Source of the DNA: Octopus bimaculoides | Taxonomy: Eukaryota | NCBI RefSeq assembly: GCF_001194135.2 | Contig: NC_068985.1 | Coordinates: 115,031,155 to 115,095,154 of the forward strand | Direction: 5' to 3' | Length of the DNA: 64,000 bases | Part shown: positions 12,916-25,205 of the stretch, piece by piece | Layout: the number at the start of each line of letters is the position of its first letter | Numbering within the stretch: the first letter of the stretch is position 1 | Notes under the pieces: model-generated | The model's database searches: none | Seen by the model: only the letters and a program-made list of their open reading frames with translations | Told to the model about the DNA's origin: nothing | Position numbers and translations under genes: made by a program

Positions 12916-13922
12916 GTTTTGTAGTCAATCAAGCGACTGCGTAGGGAATCCATTTTAGGCTGATGCTTGCGGTGAAGGTGAAGACATTTTACTGCGGTAA
13001 CAGCTGTAGTAATCACAGGAAATAGCAAGAAATATTGCCGTCGCCTCCTCTTAACCTCTTGCCAATGTTAAACTATAAACATTTCTTTTAAATTTCTGTG
13101 TTGGTTTATGTTGCATTTAGAAGCCGACAGCTAATCAACTTCTTAAGCATTGGAAGTTAGTAATTGCTAGCGGACGCATGAGGTTCTGCGTAGTCCTTTG
13201 GCTTGCATGAAATAGCAGTCACATCTTCCTCAAAGTACATCGTACAGTTATAATAAGAAATGAAGCACAACCTTACAGTCGTGAACCAAACACCCTATAT
13301 GTGAGTGAGTGAATACGTGTGTGTATTTGTATTTTATTTGTTTAAGATATTGAATTACGGCCATGCTTGGGAAGAGCCTCGAGAAGAGTAGCCGAACAAA
13401 TCACTCCCAGTATTATTTTATTTAATTTTTATGTTTTAAGCCTAATACTTATTCTGTCGATTTCTTTTCGCTGAAACGCTATTTTTACATGGATGTAAAC
13501 AAACCAACACCGGTTGTAAAAAGTTGGGCTGGACGAAAACAGCATAAATAGAAAGACATTTACACACATACACATATATACAACAGAATTCCTTACAGTT
13601 TCCGTCTACCAAATGTAGTCTCTATGTATTGGTTCACCCGACGCTATAGTAGAAGCTATCGAACAAGGTGCCGCGAGGCGGCAGTGAAACTGTAACTATG
13701 TTTCTTAACTGCATAGACATGCCTGTGCTGTGCCTATTGTGTGCGTATCTATCTATCTATCTATCTATCTTTTTATGTGTGTGTGTGTATATATACATAT
13801 ATGCATTCATCCATGCATATATACGTGTATATATATATATATATGCACACATACACACATACACATACAAACAAATACACACACACAGTATGTTAACTAA
13901 GTATGTACACACGTAAAATATA

Positions 13923-14209
13923 GTTTGGCACTCCTTCAGTTACGACGACGAACATAACATCCTGTTCGTGAAATTAACCTGAAAGTGCGTGTATCCTTAA
14001 TGTAGTTCTCTGGCAGATTCAGCGTGACACAGAGTGTGACAAAGCGGGCCTTTTGAAATACAGCTACGATTAACTTATGACAGCCGAGTGGACCGGTGCA
14101 ATGTGAAATAAAGTGTCTTGCACAAGAACACTGCGCACCTACGGGAATCGAACTCACGACCTTACTATCGTGATCGGAGTACCGTAACAACTAAACCACG
14201 CGCCTTCAC
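13923..14209 (-). mobile_element. Chimeric SINE: GTGAAGGCG head, central domain, family B tail
   Basis: Head matches the 7870-8133 element. Tail matches family B (GTCACGCTGAAT...CGTCGTCGTAAC...GTGCCA). Confidence 0.7.
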
Positions 14210-14423
14210 TCGGAATATATTTAGTATATACATATATGCATGTAAGAGAACAGCACATTTGAAAAAAAGGTTCTGTTAGAGAAACGTATTGGAGGGCGTT
14301 ACATATTGTACTGTCCAATCAATGAGCCCTATTTATATGTGCGTGTGTGAGTGCGTGTGTGTGTGTATATATATGTATATATATATATATATATAGATAG
14401 TTAGATAGATAGATAGATGGATG

Positions 14424-14469
<46 letters not shown>

Positions 14470-14477
<8 letters not shown>

Positions 14478-14660
14478 CTTCAAATTTACAGAAAACAAAA
14501 GAGAAAACAGGTGACGGAACAACGTGTTGTGTATAACGCTCGGAAAGAATGGGAAAGTCATTGACGTTTCGAACCTTTACTCTTCGACAGAAAGGATTAA
14601 GAAAGAAAGCAGAGAGAGAGCGAAGAAGAGAAGTGGAGAGAAAAAAATGTGTAATATATA
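14470..14660 (-). mobile_element. Penelope-type terminal repeat remnant (CTGTNGA family)
   Basis: Minus-strand motif CTTT-CTGTCGA-A-GAGT-AAAG-GTTC-GAAAC-GTC-AATG (14559-14594). The 3' end runs into (TATC)n. Confidence 0.6.
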
Positions 14661-16282
14661 TNNNNNNNNNNNNNNNNNNNNNNNNNNNNNNNNNNNNNNN
14701 NNNNNNNNNNNNNNNNNNNNNNNNNNNNNNNNNNNNNNNNNNNNNNNNNNNNNNNNNNNNNNNNNNNNNNNNNNNNNNNNNNNNNNNNNNNNNNNNNNNN
14801 NNNNNNNNNNNNNNNNNNNNNNNNNNNNNNNNNNNNNNNNNNNNNNNNNNNNNNNNNNNNNNNNNNNNNNNNNNNNNNNNNNNNNNNNNNNNNNNNNNNN
14901 NNNNNNNNNNNNNNNNNNNNNNNNNNNNNNNNNNNNNNNNNNNNNNNNNNNNNNNNNNNNNNNNNNNNNNNNNNNNNNNNNNNNNNNNNNNNNNNNNNNN
15001 NNNNNNNNNNNNNNNNNNNNNNNNNNNNNNNNNNNNNNNNNNNNNNNNNNNNNNNNNNNNNNNNNNNNNNNNNNNNNNNNNNNNNNNNNNNNNNNNNNNN
15101 NNNNNNNNNNNNNNNNNNNNNNNNNNNNNNNNNNNNNNNNNNNNNNNNNNNNNNNNNNNNNNNNNNNNNNNNNNNNNNNNNNNNNNNNNNNNNNNNNNNN
15201 NNNNNNNNNNNNNNNNNNNNNNNNNNNNNNNNNNNNNNNNNNNNNNNNNNNNNNNNNNNNNNNNNNNNNNNNNNNNNNNNNNNNNNNNNNNNNNNNNNNN
15301 NNNNNNNNNNNNNNNNNNNNNNNNNNNNNNNNNNNNNNNNNNNNNNNNNNNNNNNNNNNATATATATATATATACTGTTCCACTCCTTGTAGCTCTCATG
15401 CAATGTTAAGATGTTAAGATGTGGCAGCAAACAGCCGAGGAAAAACACATAATGTTTCTTAAATAGAAAGTAAAAAACAACAATTGATATATCTTACTTA
15501 TGATTATTGGACCACTAAAGCCTAGCAGAATCAGATGCAGGCAGGGCAAAATGCTAACCAGCAATTTGTCCATTATTATGTTCTGAGTTCAAACAACGCC
15601 TTTGCGAGTCGATAAAATAAATAGCACTTGAGCACTGGAGTTGATGTAATCGACTTACTTCTTCCCCCTCAAAATCGCCGGCTTTATGCTAAAATTTGAA
15701 ATCACTATCATAGGTACACTAAGGCGGCGTACTGGCAGAATAGTTTTTGTCTTAGACAAATGGCTTAGTGGCATTTCTCTCAGCTTTACGTTCTGAGTTC
15801 AAATTCCTCCGAGGTCGACTTTGTCTTTCATCTTTTCTGTTTCAATGAAATAATCACCATTTGAGCATTGAGGTTGATTTGTCTCTCGTACCAAAATGTC
15901 AGGCCTTGTACCTATAGTAGAAAGGATCATTATAGGAGCACTGTTTGATAAAATTGGTAGAGTAACAGACAAAATACCATCCAGTATTGTGAATTATCGC
16001 TTTAACTTCGGATATGAAATCTCGCTATGTCTTTTATTCTTCTGTTTTCCACTTAAATACTTACCAGTCAAGTATAGATGTTAATCAAATCGATTGTAAA
16101 ATGTGACATTGTACTGTCATTTGTTTCAAATTTTGGCACAAGGTCAGCAATTTCGGGAGAGGGTGTAAACCGATCACATCGATCCCGGTGCTCAACTACT
16201 TATTTTATAAAGACCGAAAATGTGAAAGTAAAATCGACTTCAGGGGAATTTGAACTCATAACGTGAAGACGGACGAAATACC

Positions 16283-16496
16283 TATTTCTTTACTGCCCGC
16301 AAGGGGCTACACACAGAGGGGACAAACAATGACAGACAAAGGGATTAAGTCGATTACATCGACCCCAGTGCGTAACTGGTACTTAATTTATCGACCCCGA
16401 AAAGATGAAAGGCAAAATTGTACTCAAAACGTAAGGGCAGACGAAATATCGCTAAGCATTTCGCCCGGAGTGCTAACGATTCTGCCAGCTCGCCGC
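16283..16496 (-). mobile_element. tRNA-derived SINE, family D (full monomer)
   Basis: Head GCGGCGAGCTGGCAGAATCGTTAGC. Body and tail are homologous to the tandem units at 27849-28065. Confidence 0.8.
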
Positions 16497-17634
16497 TTTC
16501 TAATGCTAATGCTAAAGCAGCATGCTGATGATTCTGCCAGCTTACTGGCTTTAACTTTGTAACCTATATTAGAGATTTATATTAAGGCGGTGAGCTAGGA
16601 GAATCGTTACTGCGCCAGGAAAAACACTTAGCGGTATTTCTCCAGACTTTAAGTTCCGTGTTAAAATATCGTTGATATCATTTTCCCTTTAATTATTCCA
16701 TGATCAATAAAATAGATACCAGTTAAACACTGGGGTCGATGTAATCGCCTATCCCCCCCCCCCTGTCATACTGCAGGTCTTGTGCCAATTATATTAGTCC
16801 TACAAAGGAAGGCAGCAAGCTTGCAGAGTCGGAAAAATGCTTAATGGGTCAAATCCCGCTGAGATGAATTTTGCCTTGTATCCCACAGGGATCGATAAAC
16901 TAGAGAACCAGTCTTGTAGTGGGGTCGATTTAATCGACCTTCCTCTCGTCTCAAAATTGCAGGCCATGTCCTAAAATTAGAAAGAATTATTATTATAATT
17001 ACTTGAGTTTTAGTTCGAAGAATCCGCAGAGGGGAGCCAATCAAACGGCAATGTGGTCGTTATGGATCTTTACGTACTGAGCATAAATCTCTTTGATTTC
17101 GACTTTCCATTTCATCTAACCCAAGTCTTTGAAATTAAGTACCAATCAAGTGCTGGATTCTATAAAATCGTCCGTCTTATCCCACAAAGCTTTGAGACAC
17201 GTTTATTAAAGGTTAAATGTTCTTAACGAAGGAGGGATGATACAGACAACTGACAAGTAGAATAGTTGTGCGTGTACAGCATTACATCAGTTAAACCAGC
17301 CGTACTTATCTCTCGAAGAAAAGAACCGGTATTTTATTACCTAATTAAACACTACCTTCACTTCCAACTGTCTTCTGAGAAGAGTCTGCCTCAAAGAATA
17401 TTACAGTCTTCAACGAATTTTATATATAATTAACTTAGAATTACTCCAAATAATGAGAGTTTAAGAACTGCCAGTAGAATGCAATCCCACATTCTATAAT
17501 TCTTGTACAGCAGAACTGAATTAAGTTTTAAACGTTTTTCGTTTTTCTTTTAAAATTTAAGATGAATCATTGTAGGATTATAATCCTTGTTAAGTTCTGT
17601 ATGTTCAACCCTTGAAGTATATATATATATATAT

Positions 17635-17695
<61 letters not shown>

Positions 17696-17779
17696 GATTC
17701 TGCTAGCTCACTGCATTAATATAAAACTCAAGTAACTAAATTATCATTAATCCTCGCTCTCATCAAGGATACAGTACTC

Positions 17780-18009
17780 AAACTACCTGGTCACACTAAG
17801 CGAATGGCTTCTGACGTCAGCAAAGTCTGTGTGGAAGGAATGCTTAATGAAAACAGAAGCAGAGGTCGGAAACATAAGAGATGGAGAGATAATATCACAG
17901 CATGGACAAGTCTCGATATAATCTCCCCGAACGTCATGCCCAAATGTCGAATAATATGAAGACAACTATCTGGCATTAATGCGTGTTCTGCTGCAGGCGG
18001 AGGTAACGG

Positions 18010-18012
<3 letters not shown>
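17780..18012 (+). mobile_element. RTE-like LINE 3' end (decayed ORF2 C-terminus)
   Basis: Translates as KLPGHTKRMASDVSKVCVEGMLNENRSRGRKHKRWRDNITAWT, matching the GH..R...G...G.R.RGR...RW.D.I..W pattern of RTE C-termini. Followed by (TA)n. Confidence 0.75.
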
Positions 18013-18049
<37 letters not shown>

Positions 18050-18050
<1 letters not shown>

Positions 18051-18440
18051 TGACCACTAGGTGGACATCCAATATGCTAGAAAGAGGTCATCAACGACCC
18101 AACCACAAAGAAAAATAATGTTCTTCAGAAAATTGTCGTAAAACACAAGAACAGGACAAAATGAGAAATATACAGAATAAAGAATTAGCTGTGTACTGCA
18201 GTTTCGAACATTAACGTTTTACGTACGTAACAACATCCGTTTTCTCGTCAGCACAGCCGTTCTAGAATCAATATAATTTGCAGAACTATACACAATTCGT
18301 GTATAGTTTGCAGAACTATACACAATTACACAAGCAAATCAACACGTTAGAAAATCTTTTTAAGAGATGAAAGCAGTAACTATATAGAGAAGTAATATCT
18401 ATCGCCACTTAAACATGGCTGGTCTGTATATATCGTATAG
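18050..18440 (-). mobile_element. Hammerhead-bearing Penelope-type terminal repeat remnant
   Basis: Contains the canonical HHR at 18188-18257 and a 19-bp duplicated unit TGCAGAACTATACACAATT. A terminal hairpin abuts (TA)n at about 18050. The 5' boundary is uncertain. Confidence 0.5.
18188..18257 (-). ncRNA. Type I hammerhead ribozyme, canonical core
   Basis: Minus strand reads GCTGTG-CTGACGA-[G...C helix II]-GAAAC-TGCA-GTA-CACAGC. Helix I is a perfect 6 bp, every conserved core nucleotide is present, and the triplet is GUA. Confidence 0.85.
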
Positions 18441-18454
18441 ATCGCTGACCACAA

Positions 18455-18635
18455 CATTCAAATTTTTTTCTCCGTGTTTTTCTCCTTGTTTTTCTCCTTA
18501 TTTTTCTGTTGAAGAGCGTAGCTCGAAACGTTAAAGACATTCTCTATTCCCGAGCGTTAAACTAATACATCCTTTTGTTGTTTACACCACCTGTCCTCGT
18601 CTGTCGTTGTTTTTTTCGTAAATTCCCCCATATAT
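18455..18635 (+). mobile_element. Penelope-type terminal repeat remnant (CTGTNGA family)
   Basis: Motif TTTT-CTGTTGA-A-GAGC-GTA-GCTC-GAAAC-GTT-AAAG (18502-18536). Ends in ATATAT at the gap. Confidence 0.65.
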
Positions 18636-19947
18636 NNNNNNNNNNNNNNNNNNNNNNNNNNNNNNNNNNNNNNNNNNNNNNNNNNNNNNNNNNNNNNNNN
18701 NNNNNNNNNNNNNNNNNNNNNNNNNNNNTATATATATATGTATGTGTGTACAGTAGCCCGTGTTTAAACGTTCTGAGTATTGTAACGCTTTCTTTTTGTG
18801 AGTTCCAAGTTTCACCAGTGGTTGTAGAAAATTTGGAATGTGTACCATATTTGATGCATTGACCTCCGGGAAGAAATATGTCCTGTGTATCATATGTGAT
18901 ACTCAAGCTGGGCAAAGAGTAAAGAGAAATATGGCTGTTATTTCTATCATGGAGAACGACCACTTAATAGCTCCCTCATTGATCTGGAAGTAATGTTTAT
19001 GAGCGAACTATACCATATGTCCTTCACCTATCTTTCTGTTAATTGTCTCGATAATATGCTGAAAAATTATTTTAATGGATACCAGATTGATTTCAATTTT
19101 GTTTAGATAGTTTTTACTCTGGAGCTCATTAGCATTTATAATTTTGCTTATTTTTACCTTTTTTTTTCACTCTTTTGTTACTCATCGTTTATTTCCTGCA
19201 TTTTTAACGCCCAATCACGCCCTCTCAAATGCCCCCAAATATGTTACATGATCTCTCCCAATCTAACGATTTGTCCATGTAAATTTTTAGTTTAATGATA
19301 CACGTTGCAATACATGGCAACGACGAGGCAACGAAGAAGTCTCTCACTAGTCAATGGAGGGAGCCTTTACATGGTCCCCCGACTTGGCAGAAACACAGTC
19401 GAATCTCCCGCACTTCATAGATTACCATTTAGTAAAAGGCTGGAAAAATTTACATTCGAAAATATGTAGAATGGACAGGGCTGCATAGTAAAGAAGAAGA
19501 AGAAGAAGAAGAAGAAGAAGAAGAAGAAGAAGAAGAAGAAGAAGAAGAAGAAGAAAACAACAACAACAACAACAACAACAACAAAAACGACAACACTTGT
19601 AACATGCTCACACTAATTTTAAACAATAACACAAATTATATATTCAAAGGATTTATCATTAAATCAGATTACGTCTTTGCTAATCTTATCCTGAAACATC
19701 GAAACTTTCCAGATCTTTTATTTTTGTCTTTTATCTTGTATTTGTTTCAGTCATTGGACTCCGGCCATGCTGGAGCTTTCCGGGAATGGCTTAGCTAGGT
19801 AGATCGACCGCCATACTTATATTTTGTTTTTGTCTGATAACTCTGGTACTTATGCCGTCTCTTTTGCTGAACAGCTTAGTTACGAGATCATAGACAAACC
19901 AGCAATGCTAGGGGCAAACACCCCATTCACACGCACACACACACACG

Positions 19948-19995
<48 letters not shown>

Positions 19996-20281
19996 CGTAT
20001 ATGCCCGGTTTCTTTCAGCTTCTGTCCTCTAGATCCGCTCACAAAGCTTAGTTGCGAATCTAGTTTCACTCCACTGCGATCTTCAGGTGAGGACTAAAGA
20101 TCACAAAACGTGAAGGTCAAATTGTAATATATACGTTCAGCTGCCTGTAATCTTGACACAATGTAAGCAACGCCCGATTCCGTTGATTACATCAACGCCA
20201 GTATTGGACTGATCATTAATTTTGTCGAACTCAAAAGGAAAAAAAGACAAAGGTGGCCACAGCAAAAATTACGTACACACG

Positions 20282-20334
<53 letters not shown>

Positions 20335-21200
20335 ACATATATATATNNNNNNNNNNNNNNNNNNNNNNNNNNNNNNNNNNNNNNNNNNNNNNNNNNNNNN
20401 NNNNNNNNNNNNNNNNNNNNNNNNNNNNNNNNNNNNNNNNNNNNNNNNNNNNNNNNNNNNNNNNNNNNNNNNNNNNNNNNNNNNNNNNNNNNNNNNNNNN
20501 NNNNNNNNNNNNNNNNNNNNNNNNNNNNNNNNNNNNNNNNNNNNNNNNNNNNNNNNNNNNNNNNNNNNNNNNNNNNNNNNNNNNNNNNNNNNNNNNNNNN
20601 NNNNNNNNNNNNNNNNNNNNNNNNNNNNNNNNNNNNNNNNNNNNNNNNNNNNNNNNNNNNNNNNNNNNNNNNNNNNNNNNNNNNNNNNNNNNNNNNNNNN
20701 NNNNNNNNNNNNNNNNNNNNNNNNNNNNNNNNNNNNNNNNNNNNNNNNNNNNNNNNNNNNNNNNNNNNNNNNNNNNNNNNNNNNNNNNNNNNNNNNNNNN
20801 NNNNNNNNNNNNNNNNNNNNNNNNNNNNNNNNNNNNNNNNNNNNNNNNNNNNNNNNNNNNNNNNNNNNNNNNNNNNNNNNNNNNNNNNNNNNNNNNNNNN
20901 NNNNNNNNNNNNNNNNNNNNNNNNNNNNNNNNNNNNNNNNNNNNNNNNNNNNNNNNNNNNNNNNNNNNNNNNNNNNNNNNNNNNNNNNNNNNNNNNNNNN
21001 NNNNNNNNNNNNNNNNNNNNNNNNNNNNNNNNNNNNNNAAGAGATTCAACATTTTTGGAAAAAGAAAAAAAAATGTCTTTTGTATTTTTTTGTTGTCAGC
21101 TGACCGTATAATTATTTTAAATAATATAATTATTTTTAGTTGCCTAGATTTATTTGACTTATAACAATAACTATGTGAAATAAAAGAAAATAAGGAGAAA

Positions 21201-21271
<71 letters not shown>

Positions 21272-21734
21272 TGTGATAGTAATATAGCATCAGGAAATAT
21301 TAAATGTAGTAAATGAAAGAAAATGAAAGAAAACTGAGGGAACGATCAAAATAATAACAACAAAAGCGAAAATAATAACAACAAAATAGAAAAAAATAAA
21401 AGTTTTAATGAGGATATTTTACAAACAAAGAAATTATGAAATCGTTGTTTTTTATTTATTATTTACTTTTTTGTTTGCTTTTCATTTTTGAATATTATTT
21501 TTTTTCATTCTGTAACAAACATCGCTTTAGATAATGGTTTTAGATAAACCATTGACGTGTTAACTGGAAATATAAATGTTAGCACTGCCGTTGTTTTGGT
21601 GGTCCAAAGTTCACCGAACCATCCATCCACATACACATGCAAATATACACACACATTCACACACACACACACATACACCCACACACACAAAGGCACACAG
21701 CTCTCTCTTGCTGCCTGTCTGTCTGTCGCTCTCA

Positions 21735-21770
<36 letters not shown>

Positions 21771-22480
21771 TACACACTTGCAAATACGCAAAAGTCCTTG
21801 TTATCTTTCTTCATCTCTTTTTCTTTTTTCTCTCCCAACATCGTGGCACCCTTCATTATCTTTCTAATTAATCTTCCTCCATCACACTCTTTTATAGCGC
21901 CTATTCTTTCATCTCTATTTCTTTCTGTATTTCCTCCTTCCTCCACCTTCTTCCTCTCCCCCTCTTTTCTTCTATCTATCTTTCTATCTATCTATCTATC
22001 TATCAATTTTTTATTCAGTCTATCTTTTACTCTCTCTCCTTCACTACATGGTGCCCAGTCAACAAACAACCTTCTGCGCAGTCATTCAACCTGCTAGAAA
22101 TATCAACCAAATTTCCCTCAAATAACAGTAAAAAATGGAACGTTGACGGAATGGTTATAGCTGGAACATTTTTGATCATAATTCTTCTCGATCAAATTTG
22201 TACTGGAATACAATAACAATAATAACAGCAGCACTACCATCATCACCACCACCACCACTACCACCATCATCATTACCACCACCACCATTCTTTCTAAGTC
22301 TAGTTCTTACTCTATCGGTTTCTTTTGTTGGAGCGCAGAGTTATGGGAGACATAAACACAGATACAGAGCGACAGACACACACACACACACACACACAAA
22401 GACAACTTACTTCTTTCAGTTTTCGTCAAATTCACTCACAAAATTTTGGCCGGCCCGAGGCTATAGTGGATATATATATA

Positions 22481-22630
22481 GGTGAGAATTCACAAAAAAC
22501 AAAAGACGAAGACAGGTGGTGTAGAAAACAAACAAATGAATTAGTATTACGCTCGGGAAGTGAAAACGTCTTTAACGTTTCGAGCCTACGCTCTTCTACA
22601 GAAAGGAACACAAAAAGAAACAAGGAGAGA
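22481..22630 (-). mobile_element. Penelope-type terminal repeat, left arm of inverted pair
   Basis: Reverse complement of 22685-22830 with scattered substitutions. Its outer end abuts (TA)n. Confidence 0.7.
22570..22605 (-). ncRNA. Minimal hammerhead-like motif, CUGUAGA core
   Basis: CTTT-CTGTAGA-A-GAGC-GTAG-GCTC-GAAAC-GTT-AAAG. Confidence 0.5.
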
Positions 22631-22684
22631 AACACCGAGCGAAAAAAGGAAAGAAAAAAAGAATGTGTAGTGGCTAACGAATCC

Positions 22685-22830
22685 TTGTTTCTTTCTGAGT
22701 TCCTTTCTGTGGAAGAGCCTAGGCTCGAAACGTTAAAGACTATTTCACTTCCCGAGCGTTATAGTAATACATCCGTTTGTTTTCTACACCACCTGTCTTC
22801 GTCTTTTGTTTTTTTTGTGAATTCTCCCTA
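22685..22830 (+). mobile_element. Penelope-type terminal repeat, right arm of inverted pair
   Basis: Inverted copy of 22481-22630, ending TCTCCC-TATATAT. Confidence 0.7.
22703..22738 (+). ncRNA. Minimal hammerhead-like motif, CUGUGGA core
   Basis: CTTT-CTGTGGA-A-GAGC-CTAG-GCTC-GAAAC-GTT-AAAG. Confidence 0.5.
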
Positions 22831-24497
22831 TATATCACTCAACTTATTAAGTCTTTCCCTTCGTTTATCTCTCCCTCTCTCCCCCTTTCCTAACAAAGCT
22901 TTTCGCTCTACTGCCCTAATAATTCCTAATTCATTACTTTTTACCTTTCATTCCCCTTACTATATCTCGCATTACCATTCTCTCCAAATCGATTTGATCT
23001 TTCAGCTTTCACTTGTTTCTTTCCTTCCTCTTTCCCTTCCAGCTCTTTCCTTTCTTTTCTACCTTTATTTCTCCCATTTTTCTTCATACCCCTTACACTC
23101 TCTCTTGCTCACATTTATTTAACTTCTATTCCATTCCAGTCTCTTAATTATCCTCCCAGCTTACCCATTAATGTCTTCTTTTCCCCACCTCCTTAGCAGT
23201 TTTTTCTCATCTTACACAAATATTAACCCTTTTTTCCGGAATTACAAAGATCCATGGCACTTAGGTCTGTTTCATATCAGTTATTCCGTTACGTTAAGCA
23301 GATGAGAGATAGCCCTTTCTTTGGATAGGACGATTCACTATCGCAGTTAGCGTTTCTCGTGGGAAGAATTTCAATTTGTTGCAACATATCAACGAATCAC
23401 TCGACAATTCGACTCTGTTGCTGATTTAACAATCTCCATTATCTTATCCCTGCCCTCTCTCTATCCCGCACATCCCTGCTCTCCATCGAACCCCACCAGC
23501 CATGCTCTCCATCTATCTCCTTCATCCTTGCTCAGTCCTACCCCTATCCCTCTCATTCTTGCTCTCCGTCTATCCTCTCATTGCTGATCACCATCTATCT
23601 CCTTCACCCATGTCCTCCATTTATCTACCACAACCCTTCTCTTTCCCTACCCACCTTAGCGCTGCCTTCCATCTTTCCCCTCAGCCCTGCTTTCTATATA
23701 TAGACTTCACCTCTGTCCCCCATTTATCCATCTTATCCTTGTCCTTCATCTACCCACCTAACCCCATCTTATTCTATTCGTCCAATTTTGATTTCGTTTC
23801 CATTTCTATTCTTCACCTTTATCTTCTTTTAGAGGTGTGATTCGTTAAAGCGTTAGAATACAAGGTTGGATCAACCCAAAACCAAGCAAAGTTTTCGATT
23901 CTCTTAAATGTTGAGTACTTCACTGCTGTGCTATGTCATTGACTATGAGCCCTTAACACCTTGACAGAATCCTAGGGACACAATGTGACCTACGGTGTGT
24001 TTTGGCAAATTTTATATCTGGCGGAGCACATTAATCTCTAAGTCTAACAACATCCAAGTTTTTATTCTTGCAGAAAAGAGAAAAAGATAAATAGAAAGAA
24101 GTCTATAGAGAACGAGAAGAATCGACACCAGTACAAGAAGGAAGATACTTTATTTTATTGATTCCGATAGGATCAAAGGCAAAATCTTTGATCTGTGTAC
24201 TTGTTTCTAATTATTTCATTATATTCTGAGCCAAATATGAAAATTCAGCTTACTCTTGTATTCATATCTAGATGTACAAAAGTATTAACACATAATCATA
24301 AGATAGTAAAATTCTGTTGCTTGCTAAATGACTATATTTATTATGTTCAGTGGAAATTTTTTAAATGTTCATTTAGAAATGGCAAGATGTTGATCAATGG
24401 CGTGATTTGAACCTAAAGCGTAATGAGCCGCAATCATTACCGCAAAGCAATTTATCCGATGCTCTGAAGACTCTGCCAGCTGCCAACCTGACTTTAC

Positions 24498-24830
24498 TTG
24501 TTGTTGTTGTTGGCACTCCGTCGCTTACGATGACGAGGGTTCCAGTTGATCCGATCAACGGAACAGCCTGCTCGTGAAATTAACGTGCAAGTGGCTGAGC
24601 ACTCCACAGACACGTGTACCCTTAACGTAGTCCTCAGGGATATTCAGCGTGACACAGTGTGACAAGGCTGACCCTTTGAATGACAGGCACAACAGAAACA
24701 GGAAGTAAGAGTGAGAGAAAGTTGTGGTGAAAGAGTACAGTAGGGTTCGCCACCATCCCCTGCCGGAGCCTCGTGGAGCTTTTAGGTGTTTTCGCTCAAT
24801 AAACACTCACAACGCCCGGTCTGGGAATCG
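24498..24830 (-). mobile_element. SINE family B
   Basis: Reverse complement of the 12341-12694 element with a (CAA)n tail. The head is lost in the gap. Confidence 0.85.
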
Positions 24831-25205
24831 NNNNNNNNNNNNNNNNNNNNNNNNNNNNNNNNNNNNNNNNNNNNNNNNNNNNNNNNNNNNNNNNNNNNNN
24901 NNNNNNNNNNNNNNNNNNNNNNNNNNNNNNNNNNNATGAGTAAATAGTATTTTCTACTATAGGAACACGGCCTGTCATTTTGTTGCGAGGGGGCTAGTCG
25001 ATTATATCGACGCCTGTGCTCAACTGATACTACTTTTATCGACCCCGAAAGAGATGAAAGGGAAGGTCGACGGAATTGGGCGGAATTTGAATTCAGAGCG
25101 TAAAAAGGGACAAAATGCTGTAAAGCGTTTTATCCGGCGTGCTTGTGATTCGACCACCTCACTAACTTAATATGAATAAATAATACCAGGTTGGTATATA
25201 AACTC

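Noticed and set aside
20051-20092. Minus-strand CTGAAGA...GAAAC hammerhead-like string
   Set aside because: No helix I complementarity, no U at 16.1 and a poor helix II.
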